A stretch of 64,000 bases of DNA from an uncultured delta proteobacterium (lineage in GTDB: Bacteria > Myxococcota_A > Polyangia > Polyangiales > Polyangiaceae): NCBI GenBank assembly GCA_963850305.1, contig CAWKKR010000008.1, forward strand, positions 1,536,001 through 1,600,000, in the 5' to 3' direction. The notes beneath the pieces are model-generated. The model did not search any database. It saw nothing but the letters and a program-made list of their open reading frames with translations, and had not been told where the DNA came from. The position numbers and the translations under genes are program-made. How positions within the stretch are numbered: position 1 is the first letter of the stretch; every line of letters starts with the position of its first letter. Positions 11,143 to 21,384 of the stretch are shown one piece after another.

Positions 11143-11555
11143 AGCTCGACCACTGATGTGGCCGATGCGCTCCAGGTCGCTCGCGCCCGCATCCTCGCGT
11201 ACCTCGAGCGGCGCAACGTCATCCGCGTCGACGCTGACGTTCTCCGCGTCGACGACGCCCTCGCGGAGCGCGAGCCAGCGCTCGCCCAGCTCGCGGCCGC
11301 CGCCGTCTCTGGTCTCGCGCCCGCCGGCCCGGAGCTCCGCCGCCGCCCCGTCGAGATTACGTTCGACGGCCGCCCCGGCGTGACGATCACCGCGCCGCTC
11401 TCCGTTCGCGAGCTCGGCTTCAGCCTGCACGCTGCCACGCGCGCCGGGGCCGAAGGACGTTCGGCATCGACGTCGAGACCTGTCCCCGGTGCGGCGGTCG
11501 CATGCGCCTCCTCGCCCTGGCAACGCCCCCATGCCCGTCTCAAACCCCCCCCGCG
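11143..11555 (+). mobile_element. IS91-family (Y2) transposase remnant 2 plus subterminal sequence
   Basis: Translation STTDVADALQVARARILAYLERR...LAQLAAAAVSG...ELGFSLHAATRAGAE contains the GFSLHA motif typical of IS91/ISCR transposases. It shares sequence with remnants 1 and 3. Confidence 0.8.
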
Positions 11556-11580
11556 TGCTCGGGGGGCGTTCCAATCCCGG

Positions 11581-12930
11581 TCACCTCCCGTATCCGGCGG
11601 CAACGATGTTTGCCTGAATGGCCTCGTCGGTTGCCGAAGACGCGTAGCCCGCGGTCATGACGCCTTCGTAGAAGTTGCCTCGGGCCGTGCTGCTGTTGTC
11701 GCCGCCAACCCCGAGGACGATGCCCCCCTGCCTATTCATGGGCGAATAGCCAACGGGATACGCGCCGTCCCACACCGTCGTGAGTGTGCCCGACTGTGCA
11801 TTGCCGCCCTTGAGCGTGAGCGGGCCACCGCTCGCCGCCGCCTTGGAGGAATTGCCCTTCAGCAGAGCCGTGACGAACGGGTACGCGAACGAGACGTCAT
11901 GGCTGTTGGTCTTGTTGCCGGTCTTGTTGGCGTCGGAGTAGGCGCCGACTCCGCCCATGTTGTACACGCCCACCTCGAGGTCTGCCATGATCCAGGGGCC
12001 GTTCCCTGCGCCCTTGTCCCACCAGTTATTGTTCCCGAAGTAGAGGGCTTCCATGGTGCCGTAGCCACCGGCGACCGGTTGCATCTCTGCGTTGCCGAAA
12101 TCGAAGCAACACGAGCCGTTGTAGTAGGTGCCGTCGGTCACCATGTACTCGGTCTCCGGATCGTCGCCCTTTGCGATCCCGTTGGTCTTGGTGTTCCGAT
12201 AGCCGACCTGACCCGTGGCCGTCCAGCTGGGAGACCCAACCACGTGGAGCCCGTAAACCGTGTGGCCGCCGAGCTGGATGGGGACAGCGTCCGCGATGGC
12301 TTCCACGTCGGGATTGGGCCCGTACACGGCGCTACCGCCCGGCGCTTTCGTGAGGTCATTCCCCATGCCGGACTGGTCGTAGACGACGGATATGGTGCAG
12401 GTCGTGCCAGAGCAGAACGTCTCCTGGACGCGCGCGTCGGCGACGCCTCCGGGCGAGGCGGGCGCAACATTCTTGGTCGAGCCGTCCGCCTTCCTGACCT
12501 GATAGAGATTGCCGCCGTACCCGCCGTACAGGGCTCTCACGGTGCTGAAGGCCGCGACGCAGGGCGTGTTGCCCGCCGCGTAGAGGTCGCACGGTCCGAT
12601 GCCGCCCGACGAGCCGCCCGTGCCCGTGCTTCCAGCCGTTCCGGCGCTTCCCCCCGAACCCACCTGACCGCCAGAACCCGTCGCGCCCGTGGAGACGGAG
12701 CCGCCCGCGCCCGTCGCGCCGCCCGTGGAGACGGAGCCGCCCGTGCCCGTTGCGCCTGCGGCACCGGCACCGCCAGAGCCGGAAGGCGCGCCTCCGCTGC
12801 CGCCGGTCGTGCCCCCGGCATCAGCCGAAGTCCCGCCCGCCCCCGAGGTGGTCTCGTCGGACGCGCTCGAGCACGATGCCGCCGCGGTAGCGAGGCTGAG
12901 TGCGACGATCGCCAGCGAAGTTCTAGTCAT
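11581..12930 (-). CDS. abfB: Alpha-L-arabinofuranosidase B (GH54) catalytic domain, lipoprotein with Gly/Ser/Thr linker
   Basis: GPCDLYAAGNTPCVAAFSTVRALY, 'CCFDFGNAE', 'GPWIMADLE', 'GGDNSS..RGNFYEGVMT'. Signal peptide with lipobox-like AASC. Confidence 0.92.
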   Translation of the reverse strand: MTRTSLAIVALSLATAAASCSSASDETTSGAGGTSADAGGTTGGSGGAPSGSGGAGAAGATGTGGSVSTGGATGAGGSVSTGATGSGGQVGSGGSAGTAGSTGTGGSSGGIGPCDLYAAGNTPCVAAFSTVRALYGGYGGNLYQVRKADGSTKNVAPASPGGVADARVQETFCSGTTCTISVVYDQSGMGNDLTKAPGGSAVYGPNPDVEAIADAVPIQLGGHTVYGLHVVGSPSWTATGQVGYRNTKTNGIAKGDDPETEYMVTDGTYYNGSCCFDFGNAEMQPVAGGYGTMEALYFGNNNWWDKGAGNGPWIMADLEVGVYNMGGVGAYSDANKTGNKTNSHDVSFAYPFVTALLKGNSSKAAASGGPLTLKGGNAQSGTLTTVWDGAYPVGYSPMNRQGGIVLGVGGDNSSTARGNFYEGVMTAGYASSATDEAIQANIVAAGYGR

Positions 12931-14272
12931 CGGTGAGTCTCCTTTGCCGGCGCCTGCGAACGAGTGTCGCCGCACCCAGCGCCAGAGCCCCGATGGCGTC
13001 GGCGTGCCTTAGGGAGCTCGCGCCGCCGAGAGCGCAGCCACAGCCGCGCGATGCACTGCTCGCCGTGTCGCCGGTGGCAGCGGCGTCGCCGCCCACGCCC
13101 GAGTTGCCGCCGGAACCGATGGCAGCACTCGCGTCCTGCGAGGATTCGCGCGCGCGTCCGGTGGAGCCTGCCGCGCCGGTTCCATACGCGTCAGTGCCGC
13201 CACTACCGCTGATCAGTGCTCCCCCCGCGCCGCTCGTGACGCCGGCCCCGCTGCCGCCCGCTCCGCTACCACCCGTTCCGCTGCCACCGGCCCCGCTGCC
13301 GCCGGCATCGCCCGGGCACGCCGCTACCCCGGGATCGACCGGCCCTGTCTTGTCCAGGCCCAAGAACGGAATGACGTACGCTGCGTTCTCGCTCGCATCG
13401 GTGTTGTGCGGACCGCCGTTCTCCGACAACTCGTCGAGGACCGCGAACCCGCACGAATCCTTCCATGTCTCGCGCGTCCAGTCGTGGTCGTTGATCGATA
13501 GCGATGCGGTCGAAGTCGGAGTCGCGCTCAGCCCGAGGACGTTGGTCCATTCCTTGATGGCCTCAAGCTGGTTGTTGTAGTTGATGGTCGCGTCCGCGGT
13601 CCCGTGCCAGAGCTGGATGCGCGGGCGATACCCCGAATATCCAGGGGCCATGGCGCGGGCGAGATCTCCCCATTGCTGGGGGGTGTAGCTGACCTGGCCC
13701 AAGGCACAGGGCTGGCTCCATCCGCCGCCGGGATCGCTCACGGCCCAGCACCCCGCCGGAACGCCGGAGAACTCGGCCCCTGCTTTGAATACGTCGGGAT
13801 AAACGGCCAAAAGCGCCTCGGTCATCATTGCGCCCGAGGACTGCCCCGTCACGTAGACCCGATTCGCGTTGGCCCCGCGGTGGGAGATCTCGTACTTCAC
13901 CATCTCGACGATGGCTTGCGTGTCGCCGCCGCCGTCGTGGGTGAGGGACTTGCTCGAACCGACGTCCCAGCAGTTGTTGGACGTCTGCGGAAAGACCATG
14001 AGGAAGCCGTACGCATCGGCCGCGGCGACGAGGCCTCCTCCCGAGGCGACGCCGAACATTCCAGCCGCGTTTCCGCCGCAGTAATGAGCCACCACGAGGA
14101 CTGGCGGGGACGCTGCCGGCTTTGGCGGAACGTACTCGTACATCGAGACGTAGCTGGGAACGTTCGCGGTCGTGTACCCGAGAACCGGTCCGGACGGCGC
14201 CGCGTTCACCGCCGGAGCGGTGAACGCCACGGCTGCCACAGTCGCAGTCACCGCGAGCCACGGCGCTCTCAA
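12923..14272 (-). CDS. PHB-depolymerase-family esterase (CE1 acetylxylan/feruloyl esterase-like) with MYXO-CTERM-like anchor
   Basis: 'MYEYVP', 'HYCGG', 'CWDV', nucleophile motif 'VTGQSSGAMMT', 'QLWHGTADATI'. C-terminal GCGC, hydrophobic stretch, RRRR. TTG start at 14272 overlaps the upstream stop (TTGA). Confidence 0.85.
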   Translation of the reverse strand: MRAPWLAVTATVAAVAFTAPAVNAAPSGPVLGYTTANVPSYVSMYEYVPPKPAASPPVLVVAHYCGGNAAGMFGVASGGGLVAAADAYGFLMVFPQTSNNCWDVGSSKSLTHDGGGDTQAIVEMVKYEISHRGANANRVYVTGQSSGAMMTEALLAVYPDVFKAGAEFSGVPAGCWAVSDPGGGWSQPCALGQVSYTPQQWGDLARAMAPGYSGYRPRIQLWHGTADATINYNNQLEAIKEWTNVLGLSATPTSTASLSINDHDWTRETWKDSCGFAVLDELSENGGPHNTDASENAAYVIPFLGLDKTGPVDPGVAACPGDAGGSGAGGSGTGGSGAGGSGAGVTSGAGGALISGSGGTDAYGTGAAGSTGRARESSQDASAAIGSGGNSGVGGDAAATGDTASSASRGCGCALGGASSLRHADAIGALALGAATLVRRRRQRRLTDD

Positions 14273-15882
14273 GGCTTGCCCACGAAGCTCGTGACGCTCT
14301 TCGCTCCGAGCGTTGCCGAAAAGCGCGCGCCGGTAACCATGATCGGGCTCTTCGCGGCGAGGCTGTCGGTATCCGAAGTCACCCAGGGTGTGACGGTGCA
14401 AGGCGCAGCACCGGAGATGAACAGCGACACCGGCGTGTCGCTCGCGTTCGTGTTGATGGCCACCACGACGATGGTTCCGTCTGCCTGGTTCGTGTACGCC
14501 GACAGCGACACGCCCGACGGAGTGGTTCCCGACGTCGAGACCCGCATGTAGCCCGGGCGCACAAACCGGGAGAAATTCCCCATGACCCAGAAACGCTTGG
14601 TCCACACGTTCGTGTTGGTGTCGTAGAGCCCGCTGCTTCCGCCGGCCCATAACCACCAATAGTGCCAGGCATTCAGGTTGGCCTTGGTCAGATCGTCATT
14701 GATGGTGGTCGCCAGGTGAAGCGCGCTCGGCATGTTGTCGGCAGTCGGGTCGTCGCTCGTGGACCCCGTGTCGACCTCTGTCTCCCAGTACTCCTTGCCC
14801 GCGGCCGTGATCGTAGGTTCGGGACCGCTTGGGCCCTTTCCATATTCGTGGCTTGCAAGGATGCTGATGTAGCCCCAGGCAGCACTGTTGTCTTGGATGG
14901 CTTGGAAGTAGCTCGGAAAACCCCACCAGTTCTCCGTCTCGGGCCCCATGACCTTAGCGTCGGTGCCGGCAAGAGCTGGACCGAGATAGGTTCCGATGAA
15001 TGATGCCAATTCGGTGGCGGTGTACGATGTGGTGCCGTTCATGCCACCGCTGTCTGGCTCATTTTCGGCAGAAACGGCGTAGATCGGCACTCCCGCGGTC
15101 TTCATCGTCGCCACGAAGGTCGCGAGCCTGCTGGCCCAGTCTTGACCGTTCGTGAGCTTGGGAGGGTTCGCGCACTGGCTGTTTCCAGGACAGTTCGGGC
15201 CGGAGGTGTCCGCGGGATTCACCTCCCACGGCGTGGCCCACACCTTGACGCCATACGTGACTGCCTTCTGGGCGATCTGGGTCTCCGAGGTCGTGCCTCC
15301 GCCGATGCGAATGCGATGCAGCGTGAGCCCGGCCCCCGTGGTGGTCGACCAGAGCATGTCGGGATCCTTCGCGGGATCTCGGAAGGTGCTTCCCCACGCG
15401 GTGGAGACGCCGAAGCCGGAGATCTTCTGCTGGAGGCTGGACAGGGTCAGCGTCACGTCACCCGCCTGGGCCGTGCCGGTGCTGCACGTCGGGTTGACGC
15501 CCGCGCCGCCGCTGCCCGCATCCACAAGTGGAGTACCGCCCGTCGAGACGCCACCGCTGCCGATCATTCCGACGGCGCCCCCGGAAGCCGTCACCAGCGC
15601 GCCCCCCGACGCGGACGCGGTCGCACCACCGGAGCCTCCGAACGTCGCGGCGCCACCGCTGGCGCTCGATGAGCCGCCTGCCCCGCCTGCGCCCTCCGTC
15701 GGTGGCGGCGAGCTTCCACCACCTGCGCCGCAACCGAGCATGGCGAAGCAGCAGAGCAGGCTCGCAAGCGAGCGCGCCCGTGTGAGCGTCGCCGACCAAC
15801 GATGCGGCTCAGGCGACGGCCCGAGACAGCAAGCTTGGAGCATTCGGGTGACACGAGACGGATGCGGTCGACACGGGGCCAT
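14269..15882 (-). CDS. GH30 glycoside hydrolase (glucuronoxylanase/xylanase-like), probable lipoprotein; start uncertain (15882 or 15843)
   Basis: 'QKISGFG', acid/base 'SAENEPD', nucleophile 'YWETEV', 'NAWHYWW', 'MGNFSRFVRPGYMRV', C-terminal beta domain ending 'SVTSFV'. Confidence 0.88.
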   Translation of the reverse strand: MAPCRPHPSRVTRMLQACCLGPSPEPHRWSATLTRARSLASLLCCFAMLGCGAGGGSSPPPTEGAGGAGGSSSASGGAATFGGSGGATASASGGALVTASGGAVGMIGSGGVSTGGTPLVDAGSGGAGVNPTCSTGTAQAGDVTLTLSSLQQKISGFGVSTAWGSTFRDPAKDPDMLWSTTTGAGLTLHRIRIGGGTTSETQIAQKAVTYGVKVWATPWEVNPADTSGPNCPGNSQCANPPKLTNGQDWASRLATFVATMKTAGVPIYAVSAENEPDSGGMNGTTSYTATELASFIGTYLGPALAGTDAKVMGPETENWWGFPSYFQAIQDNSAAWGYISILASHEYGKGPSGPEPTITAAGKEYWETEVDTGSTSDDPTADNMPSALHLATTINDDLTKANLNAWHYWWLWAGGSSGLYDTNTNVWTKRFWVMGNFSRFVRPGYMRVSTSGTTPSGVSLSAYTNQADGTIVVVAINTNASDTPVSLFISGAAPCTVTPWVTSDTDSLAAKSPIMVTGARFSATLGAKSVTSFVGKP

Positions 15883-16012
15883 ACTTGCTGCAGTGGCAGC
15901 GCGAACGCAGTTCCGTCGGAGGAACTGCGGGCGACGGCCGACGCGACGAAGAACCGCACGAGGCCGACGCCGCGTGCGTCGACGGGCCGCCGGCGGGGCG
16001 CCGGGACCTCGC

Positions 16013-16762
16013 TCACGCGGACGCCGGCGATTCGATGGGAGGCAAGGGCCGGGCGGCGAGCTTCTGCGCTTCGGCTCGGTTCAGGCCGAGCGCCTCGAGG
16101 ATGGCCGCCGCCGCACGGTTCGGCAGGTCCTTCGTTTCGAGACCGAGTTGCTTCGCCCGCGCGCCCTGACCGGGCATCGCGCTCTCCGCGGCGACGGTCG
16201 AAAGGACGCAACCCCCGGCGAGCAGCACCGCCATCATGACATCAGGGGTGTCGAACCGCTTCGCGGCGACGCCTCGCTGCACGTCGCGAAGGAGCCGCGC
16301 ACCGAGACCGCGCGTCATCGCCGATGGCTTGAAGCCCTCGCGCAAGAAGAAGCGACCCCAGGGCGGCTCGGCGTGCGCGCGCAGGATCGTGTGGCGGACG
16401 CAGATCGCCACGACTTCGGCTGGATCCTCGACATCGCTCGTCAACCGCGTGAGCGTGTCGCCGAACGCGCCGAACACCGAGTCGACGACCGCTTCGTAGA
16501 TGGCTTCCTTCGACGCGAAGTGGTTGTAGAAGGAGCCGAACCCGACGTCGGACGCCTCCGTGATCTCGTTGATGGCCACGGCGTCGACGCCGCGCTCGCC
16601 GAAGAGACGGAACGCGGCGTCGAGCAGCCTCTCGCGCGTCTCGCGCTTGCGCCTCGCGCCTCGCGGCTCGCGCTCTGCACTCGGGGTCGTCGTCGAGGGC
16701 GGACGCAATCCCGCGCGACGCCGTGCCGCCGTTCCCGCCGTGACTGCCTTCTTGCGTGCCAT
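16013..16762 (-). CDS. TetR/AcrR family regulator
   Basis: HTH 'TRERLLDAAFRLFGERGVDAVAINEITEASDVGFGSFYNHFASKE'. Divergent from the catabolic operon. Confidence 0.93.
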   Translation of the reverse strand: MARKKAVTAGTAARRRAGLRPPSTTTPSAEREPRGARRKRETRERLLDAAFRLFGERGVDAVAINEITEASDVGFGSFYNHFASKEAIYEAVVDSVFGAFGDTLTRLTSDVEDPAEVVAICVRHTILRAHAEPPWGRFFLREGFKPSAMTRGLGARLLRDVQRGVAAKRFDTPDVMMAVLLAGGCVLSTVAAESAMPGQGARAKQLGLETKDLPNRAAAAILEALGLNRAEAQKLAARPLPPIESPASA

Positions 16763-16805
16763 CAATTCCTTCAATGTAGCGCGATTTCTGATTCGCTTGC
16801 CATAC

Positions 16806-16834
16806 TTGACATTCTTATCAGTTATGAGTACTGT
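16806..16834 (+). promoter_or_regulatory. Sigma70-type promoter of the catabolic operon, with an overlapping candidate TetR operator
   Basis: TTGACA (16806-16811), 17 bp, TACTGT (16829-16834). The imperfect palindrome TGACATTCTTATCA overlaps the -35. Confidence 0.65.
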
Positions 16835-16871
16835 ATCGAGCACTCGCCCCACAGCACTGAAGTACGCGAGG

Positions 16872-17969
16872 ATGAAGACGAACCCGATCGATCGATCCGA
16901 CGTGGAACGGGGGCGTGCCGTTGAACCGCTCGTCCGCGCTTCCGCGCTGCACCACCTCGTTCTCGAGACCCCGGACCTCGACGCGGCGGGGGGCTTCTGG
17001 GGCGACTTCGGGCTCTCGCCGTCGGCGAAAACCAGCGAGGCGCTCTACCTGCGGTCAGCGAGCAGCGCGCATCATGTGCTGAAGCTAGTCCGCGGCTCTC
17101 GCGGTCGGCTCGCGTCCCTCGCCTTCCGCGTGGAATCGGACCTGGACCTGCGCAAGCTCGCGTCTCTCCCGGATGCGTCGCCCATCCAGCCGATCGACGA
17201 GCCCGGCGGAGGACGCCGAGTCTCCCTCTCGGCCCCGGGAGGGCTGAAGATCGACGCGGTTCTCGGGATCGCGGAGCTCGGGCCGCTCGAGACGCGATCC
17301 TCTCTGCCGTCGAACGTCACCGGCGAGGTCGCGCGCCCCGGTGCACCCGTGCGCCTGGCTCCCGCGCCGAGCGAGGTTCTGCGATTGGGCCATGCCGCGA
17401 TCGAAACGGCGCAGCCCGCGGCGCTGATCCTCTGGCTCATGCGCACCCTCGGCATGATCGTCTCCGACTACCAGCACCTCGACGCGGATCCTTCGTCCAC
17501 ACCGATCGTCTCGTTCATGCGCTGCGATCGCGGCTCAACCCTCACCGATCACCATACCCTCGCCGTCGCCATCGGTCCACAGACGGGTCTCGCGCACGTC
17601 GCATTCGAGGTGCGCGACCTCGACGAGATCGGTCGCGGGGCAGCGTTCCTGCGAGCACGCGGATATCGACACGCCTGGGGCATCGGCCGCCACATCCTGG
17701 GCAGCCAACTGTTCGACTACTGGCGCGCGCCCGACGGAATCGTCGCGGAGCACTACTCGGACGGTGACGTCTTCGATGCCTCCGCGCCGACCGGTCGTCT
17801 GCCCTTCCGCGGCTCGACCCTCGCGCAGTGGGGAGAGAGACCCCCGCGCGACTTCGCGCTGCCGCCGCTCTCGCCGGCCGCCATCGCCGGCGCGGTGCGC
17901 GGGATCGCGACGAGCGACGAGATCTCCGTCGCGCTGCTCGCCAGGGCGGTCGGCGCGCTGTCGCGGTGA
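16872..17969 (+). CDS. Two-domain VOC/glyoxalase-family extradiol dioxygenase-like protein
   Basis: 'LHHLVLETPDL', 'RLGHAAI', 'FMRCDRGSTLTDHHTL', 'AHVAFEV', 'WGIGRHILGSQLFDYW..PDG...EHYSDGD'. Confidence 0.88.
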   Translation: MKTNPIDRSDVERGRAVEPLVRASALHHLVLETPDLDAAGGFWGDFGLSPSAKTSEALYLRSASSAHHVLKLVRGSRGRLASLAFRVESDLDLRKLASLPDASPIQPIDEPGGGRRVSLSAPGGLKIDAVLGIAELGPLETRSSLPSNVTGEVARPGAPVRLAPAPSEVLRLGHAAIETAQPAALILWLMRTLGMIVSDYQHLDADPSSTPIVSFMRCDRGSTLTDHHTLAVAIGPQTGLAHVAFEVRDLDEIGRGAAFLRARGYRHAWGIGRHILGSQLFDYWRAPDGIVAEHYSDGDVFDASAPTGRLPFRGSTLAQWGERPPRDFALPPLSPAAIAGAVRGIATSDEISVALLARAVGALSR

Positions 17970-17984
17970 GCAGGGAGTCGAGAA

Positions 17985-18941
17985 ATGGGAACACAAGTCA
18001 TCCGGTTTCGTAGCGCAGCGCCCACCGGGCACACCTGGGCCATCGTCGAAGGGGCTCACGCGCGCCCGATCGACGGCTCGTTCGCGACGACCCGGGAGCT
18101 GATCGAGAACGGACTGGCGGCGCTCGCGAACGAGACGCTCTCGCTCGGCGCATCGCTACCCTTGGGCGACCTCGAGCTGCTCTCGCCCGTCACCCACCCC
18201 TGCCGTGTGATCGCGCAGGCGACGAACTACGGCGATCACCGCCGTGAGGTCGGGCTCGATCCCGGTGCGCGCTCGTCCAACGTCCTGTTTCGCAAGTCGT
18301 CCGCCGCGATCTCGGGTCCGAAGGACGCCATCGTGCGCCCCTCGCACGTTCGCCTGCTCGACTACGAGATCGAGCTCGGGTTCGTCATCGGGACGCGCAC
18401 GAGCGGCCCGACGCACGTCGACGCAGAACACCTCAGCGACTTCATCATCGGACTCGTGATCGCCAACGACGTGTCGGCGCGCGACGTCCAGGTACCGGAA
18501 GGCCAGTTCTACAAGGGCAAGAGCTACCGGACCTTCTGCCCGCTCGGCCCTTACCTCTTCGTGCCCGCGCCGGGGGAGCTCGCACGGTGGCCGGAGCTCG
18601 AGCTCACGCTCCGCGTGAACGGCGAGGTCCGCCAGAAGGCGCGAGCCGGGGAGATGATCCACCGCCCCGCCGAGACGCTGACGGAGGTCCTGTCGATCGA
18701 GGATCTGGATCCGGGCGACGTGATCCTCACCGGGACGCCGGGCGGCGTCGCGCTCGCCCCCCCGAAGCGACCAATCCGCGCCCTCGGCGAGCTCCTTCCG
18801 GAGGCGGCGAAGTGGCGGATGTTCGTCGAGGGGCAAGCCAGGAGCCCGCGGTACCTGAAGCCAGGCGATCGGATCGAGTCGACGATCCGCACCCCGGACG
18901 GGCGCGTCGATCTCGGCAAGCAGGAGAACCTCGTTCGGTGA
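17985..18941 (+). CDS. Fumarylacetoacetate hydrolase family protein
   Basis: 'LLDYEIELG', 'ANDVSARDVQ', 'KGKSYRTFCPLGP', 'GDVILTGTPGGV'. Confidence 0.92.
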   Translation: MGTQVIRFRSAAPTGHTWAIVEGAHARPIDGSFATTRELIENGLAALANETLSLGASLPLGDLELLSPVTHPCRVIAQATNYGDHRREVGLDPGARSSNVLFRKSSAAISGPKDAIVRPSHVRLLDYEIELGFVIGTRTSGPTHVDAEHLSDFIIGLVIANDVSARDVQVPEGQFYKGKSYRTFCPLGPYLFVPAPGELARWPELELTLRVNGEVRQKARAGEMIHRPAETLTEVLSIEDLDPGDVILTGTPGGVALAPPKRPIRALGELLPEAAKWRMFVEGQARSPRYLKPGDRIESTIRTPDGRVDLGKQENLVR

Positions 18942-20522
18942 GGACGCCTCTGTCGCAAGGCGATGTCGTGATTATCGGGGCGGGGCCGACCGGCATGGCG
19001 GCCGCCGCGCTGCTCGCGCGCCACGGCGTGCGCTCCATCCTGTTCGAGCGCGAGACCGACATCCTGAAGATCCCGCGTGCCGTGCACCTCGACGAGGAGG
19101 TGCTGCGGGTGTTGCACCAGTGTTGCCTCGGTGAGGAGGTCGAAAAGGAGATCCGCCCGATTCGAGGGATGCAGCTCGTGGATCGCGGCCGGCGGACGCT
19201 CGTCTCGTTCGCACGCGACGGGAAGGGCTCTCACGGCTTCGCCCGGTCCAACGCGTTCGACCAGCCCGAGTTGGAGGCCGCCATGCGACGCGCGCTCGGG
19301 CGCGAGCCCCTCGTGACGCTGCGGGCCGCCACGACCGTCGAGGCCGTCGAGCACCTCCCCAGCAAGCGTCTTCGCGTCACGGTCCACGACCGGCAGCGCG
19401 ACGCGCTGGAGGAGCTCGAGACCCCGGCGGTGCTCGCCTGCGACGGCGCGCGAAGCCGCACGCGCACGTTCGTCGGCACGGACTTCGAGGACCTCGGCTT
19501 CACGGGGCGCTGGCTGGTCGTCGACGTCACGACCGACGCGAAGCTCGATCTCTACGACGGCTGCCTTCAGGTCGCCGACCCCGAGCGGCCGACGACGTAC
19601 TTCTGCACCGGCGGCGGCCGGCATCGCTGGGAGATCATGCTGCGCGACGAGGAAACGGCCGAGGAGATGACACGCGAGGAGCACGTGCGAGCGCTCCTCG
19701 CCCCCTGGCTCGGCAGCGCGACCCAGAACGCGACGCTGCGCCGCCGCGCGGTCTACACCTTCTACTCGCTCGTCGCGCGGCGCTTCCGGCGCGGGAACGT
19801 CTTCCTCCTCGGCGACGCCGCGCACCAGACGCCCCCGTTCATCGGCCAGGGGATGGGCGCCGGTATCCGCGACGCAGCGAACCTCGCGTGGAAGCTCGCC
19901 GCCGTACTGCAGGGGCGCGCACGGCCCGCGCTGCTCGACACCTACGAACTCGAGCGCCGCCCCCATGCGCGCTCGGTCATCATGCAGGCAGTCCTCCTCG
20001 GCCGCACGATGCGTACGAGGATCGGCGGCGGGCTTCGTGACCGGATCATACGGAGGCTCGGCTCGATACGCCCTCTGCACGACACCTTCCTGCGACGGGC
20101 GTTCCCCGATCTCAAGCGTGGCCCGATGGTTCGCCCTCGCGGGTCGCGACGTGCAGGCTGCTACGTGCCGCGCGCCACCGTCGACTTGGACGGCGGGACC
20201 ATACACATGGACGATGCGCTCGGCGACGACTTCGCGGTGGTGTCAATCGAGCCAGCCGCGAACGGTGCCCCGTCCTCCATTCGAAATCCGCCAGCTCGGC
20301 AAGGTCGAGGTGACTCATACCGTCGCGGACCGAGACGGGACGATGCGCGCCTGGTTCGCCGAGCTCGGAGCGCAAGCCGCGCTGGTGCGCCCGGACCGCA
20401 TCGTGATGGCGTCGGGCAGGGCGGCGGCGGCCCCCGGGTGGATCGAGTCGCTCATCCGGGCGTGTGGGTGGACAGCGCGCCCCTCATGCAAAGACGAGTG
20501 TTTGACCCGGAGGATGCCATGA
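18938..20522 (+). CDS. FAD-dependent aromatic hydroxylase (MhpA-like); apparent frameshift near 20270-20295
   Basis: GAGPTG, 'ACDGARS', 'LLGDAAHQTPPFIGQGMGAGIRDAANLAWKL'. The C-terminal 'ALVRPDR' motif lies in the alternative frame ending at 20522, which overlaps the next ATG (ATGA). Confidence 0.88.
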
Positions 20523-21361
20523 GCGAGCGAGTAAGAGTGCGAGCGGGTGACCACTTTCGAGGCAAGGTCGCAATCGTGACCGGCGCGTCGAGCGGCATCG
20601 GCGCGGCCGTGGCACGCGCGCTCGCGAGCCGCGGCGTGCGCGTCGCGCTGGTGGCGAGGACGGCAGCGACGCTCGAAGCGCTGGCGGCCGAGCTCGGCAC
20701 CGATCGCGTCTCGAGCTTTCCGTTGGACGTCTCCGACCGTGCCCAGATCGGCACGCTTCCCGGCCGCGTCGTCGAGCGGTTCGGTCGCCTGGATCTCGTT
20801 GTCAATAACGCAGGGGTGAACCACCGCGGTCCCGTCGACGAACGCAGCGCGAGCGAGCTAGCGGCCATCGTCGACACCAACCTCCTCGCGCCGATCCTCC
20901 TCACTCGCGCCGCCCTCGCTTACCTGCGCGACGGCGGCGCCATCGTGAACGTCGCGAGCCTCGCCGGAAAGGTCCCGGTCCCCGACGAGGCGACCTACAG
21001 CGCTACGAAGGCGGGCCTGCGAGCCTTCACACGCGCCCTCGGCGGCGAGCTCCGAGAGCGGGGGATCCACGTCGCTTCCGTCTGCCCGGGGCCGGTCGAC
21101 ACCGGCTTCTTCGGCGACGTCGCGACGGTGCCCGACCTGGTGTTCTCTCAGCCGATGAGCTCGGCGGAACAGGTGGCCGCTGCGGTCCTCGCCGCGGCCG
21201 AAGCGCGTGTGCCGGAGATCGACGTGCCTGCGCTCTCGGGCAAGCTCGCGACGCTTGGCTACCTGGCCCCATCGATCTTCACGCGCCTGCGCCCCTTTCT
21301 GGAGACCGTGGGCGCGCGCAACAAACGCCGTTTCGCGGCGCGGAAGGCTTCGACGACTTAG
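20519..21361 (+). CDS. SDR family oxidoreductase
   Basis: TGASSGIG, NNAG, YSATK. Confidence 0.92.
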   Translation: MSERVRVRAGDHFRGKVAIVTGASSGIGAAVARALASRGVRVALVARTAATLEALAAELGTDRVSSFPLDVSDRAQIGTLPGRVVERFGRLDLVVNNAGVNHRGPVDERSASELAAIVDTNLLAPILLTRAALAYLRDGGAIVNVASLAGKVPVPDEATYSATKAGLRAFTRALGGELRERGIHVASVCPGPVDTGFFGDVATVPDLVFSQPMSSAEQVAAAVLAAAEARVPEIDVPALSGKLATLGYLAPSIFTRLRPFLETVGARNKRRFAARKASTT

Positions 21362-21384
21362 CTGACGTCACAGGCAGAGAGCGC

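Noticed and set aside
10978..12936. 652-aa plus-strand ORF as a full transposase
   Set aside because: Only about 100 aa are transposase-like; the rest is antisense to the GH54 gene.
18587..21361. 924-aa monooxygenase-SDR fusion in the ORF track
   Set aside because: Artefact of a frameshift near 20280. The true monooxygenase C-terminus (LVRPDR) is in another frame and ends at 20522, overlapping the SDR start.
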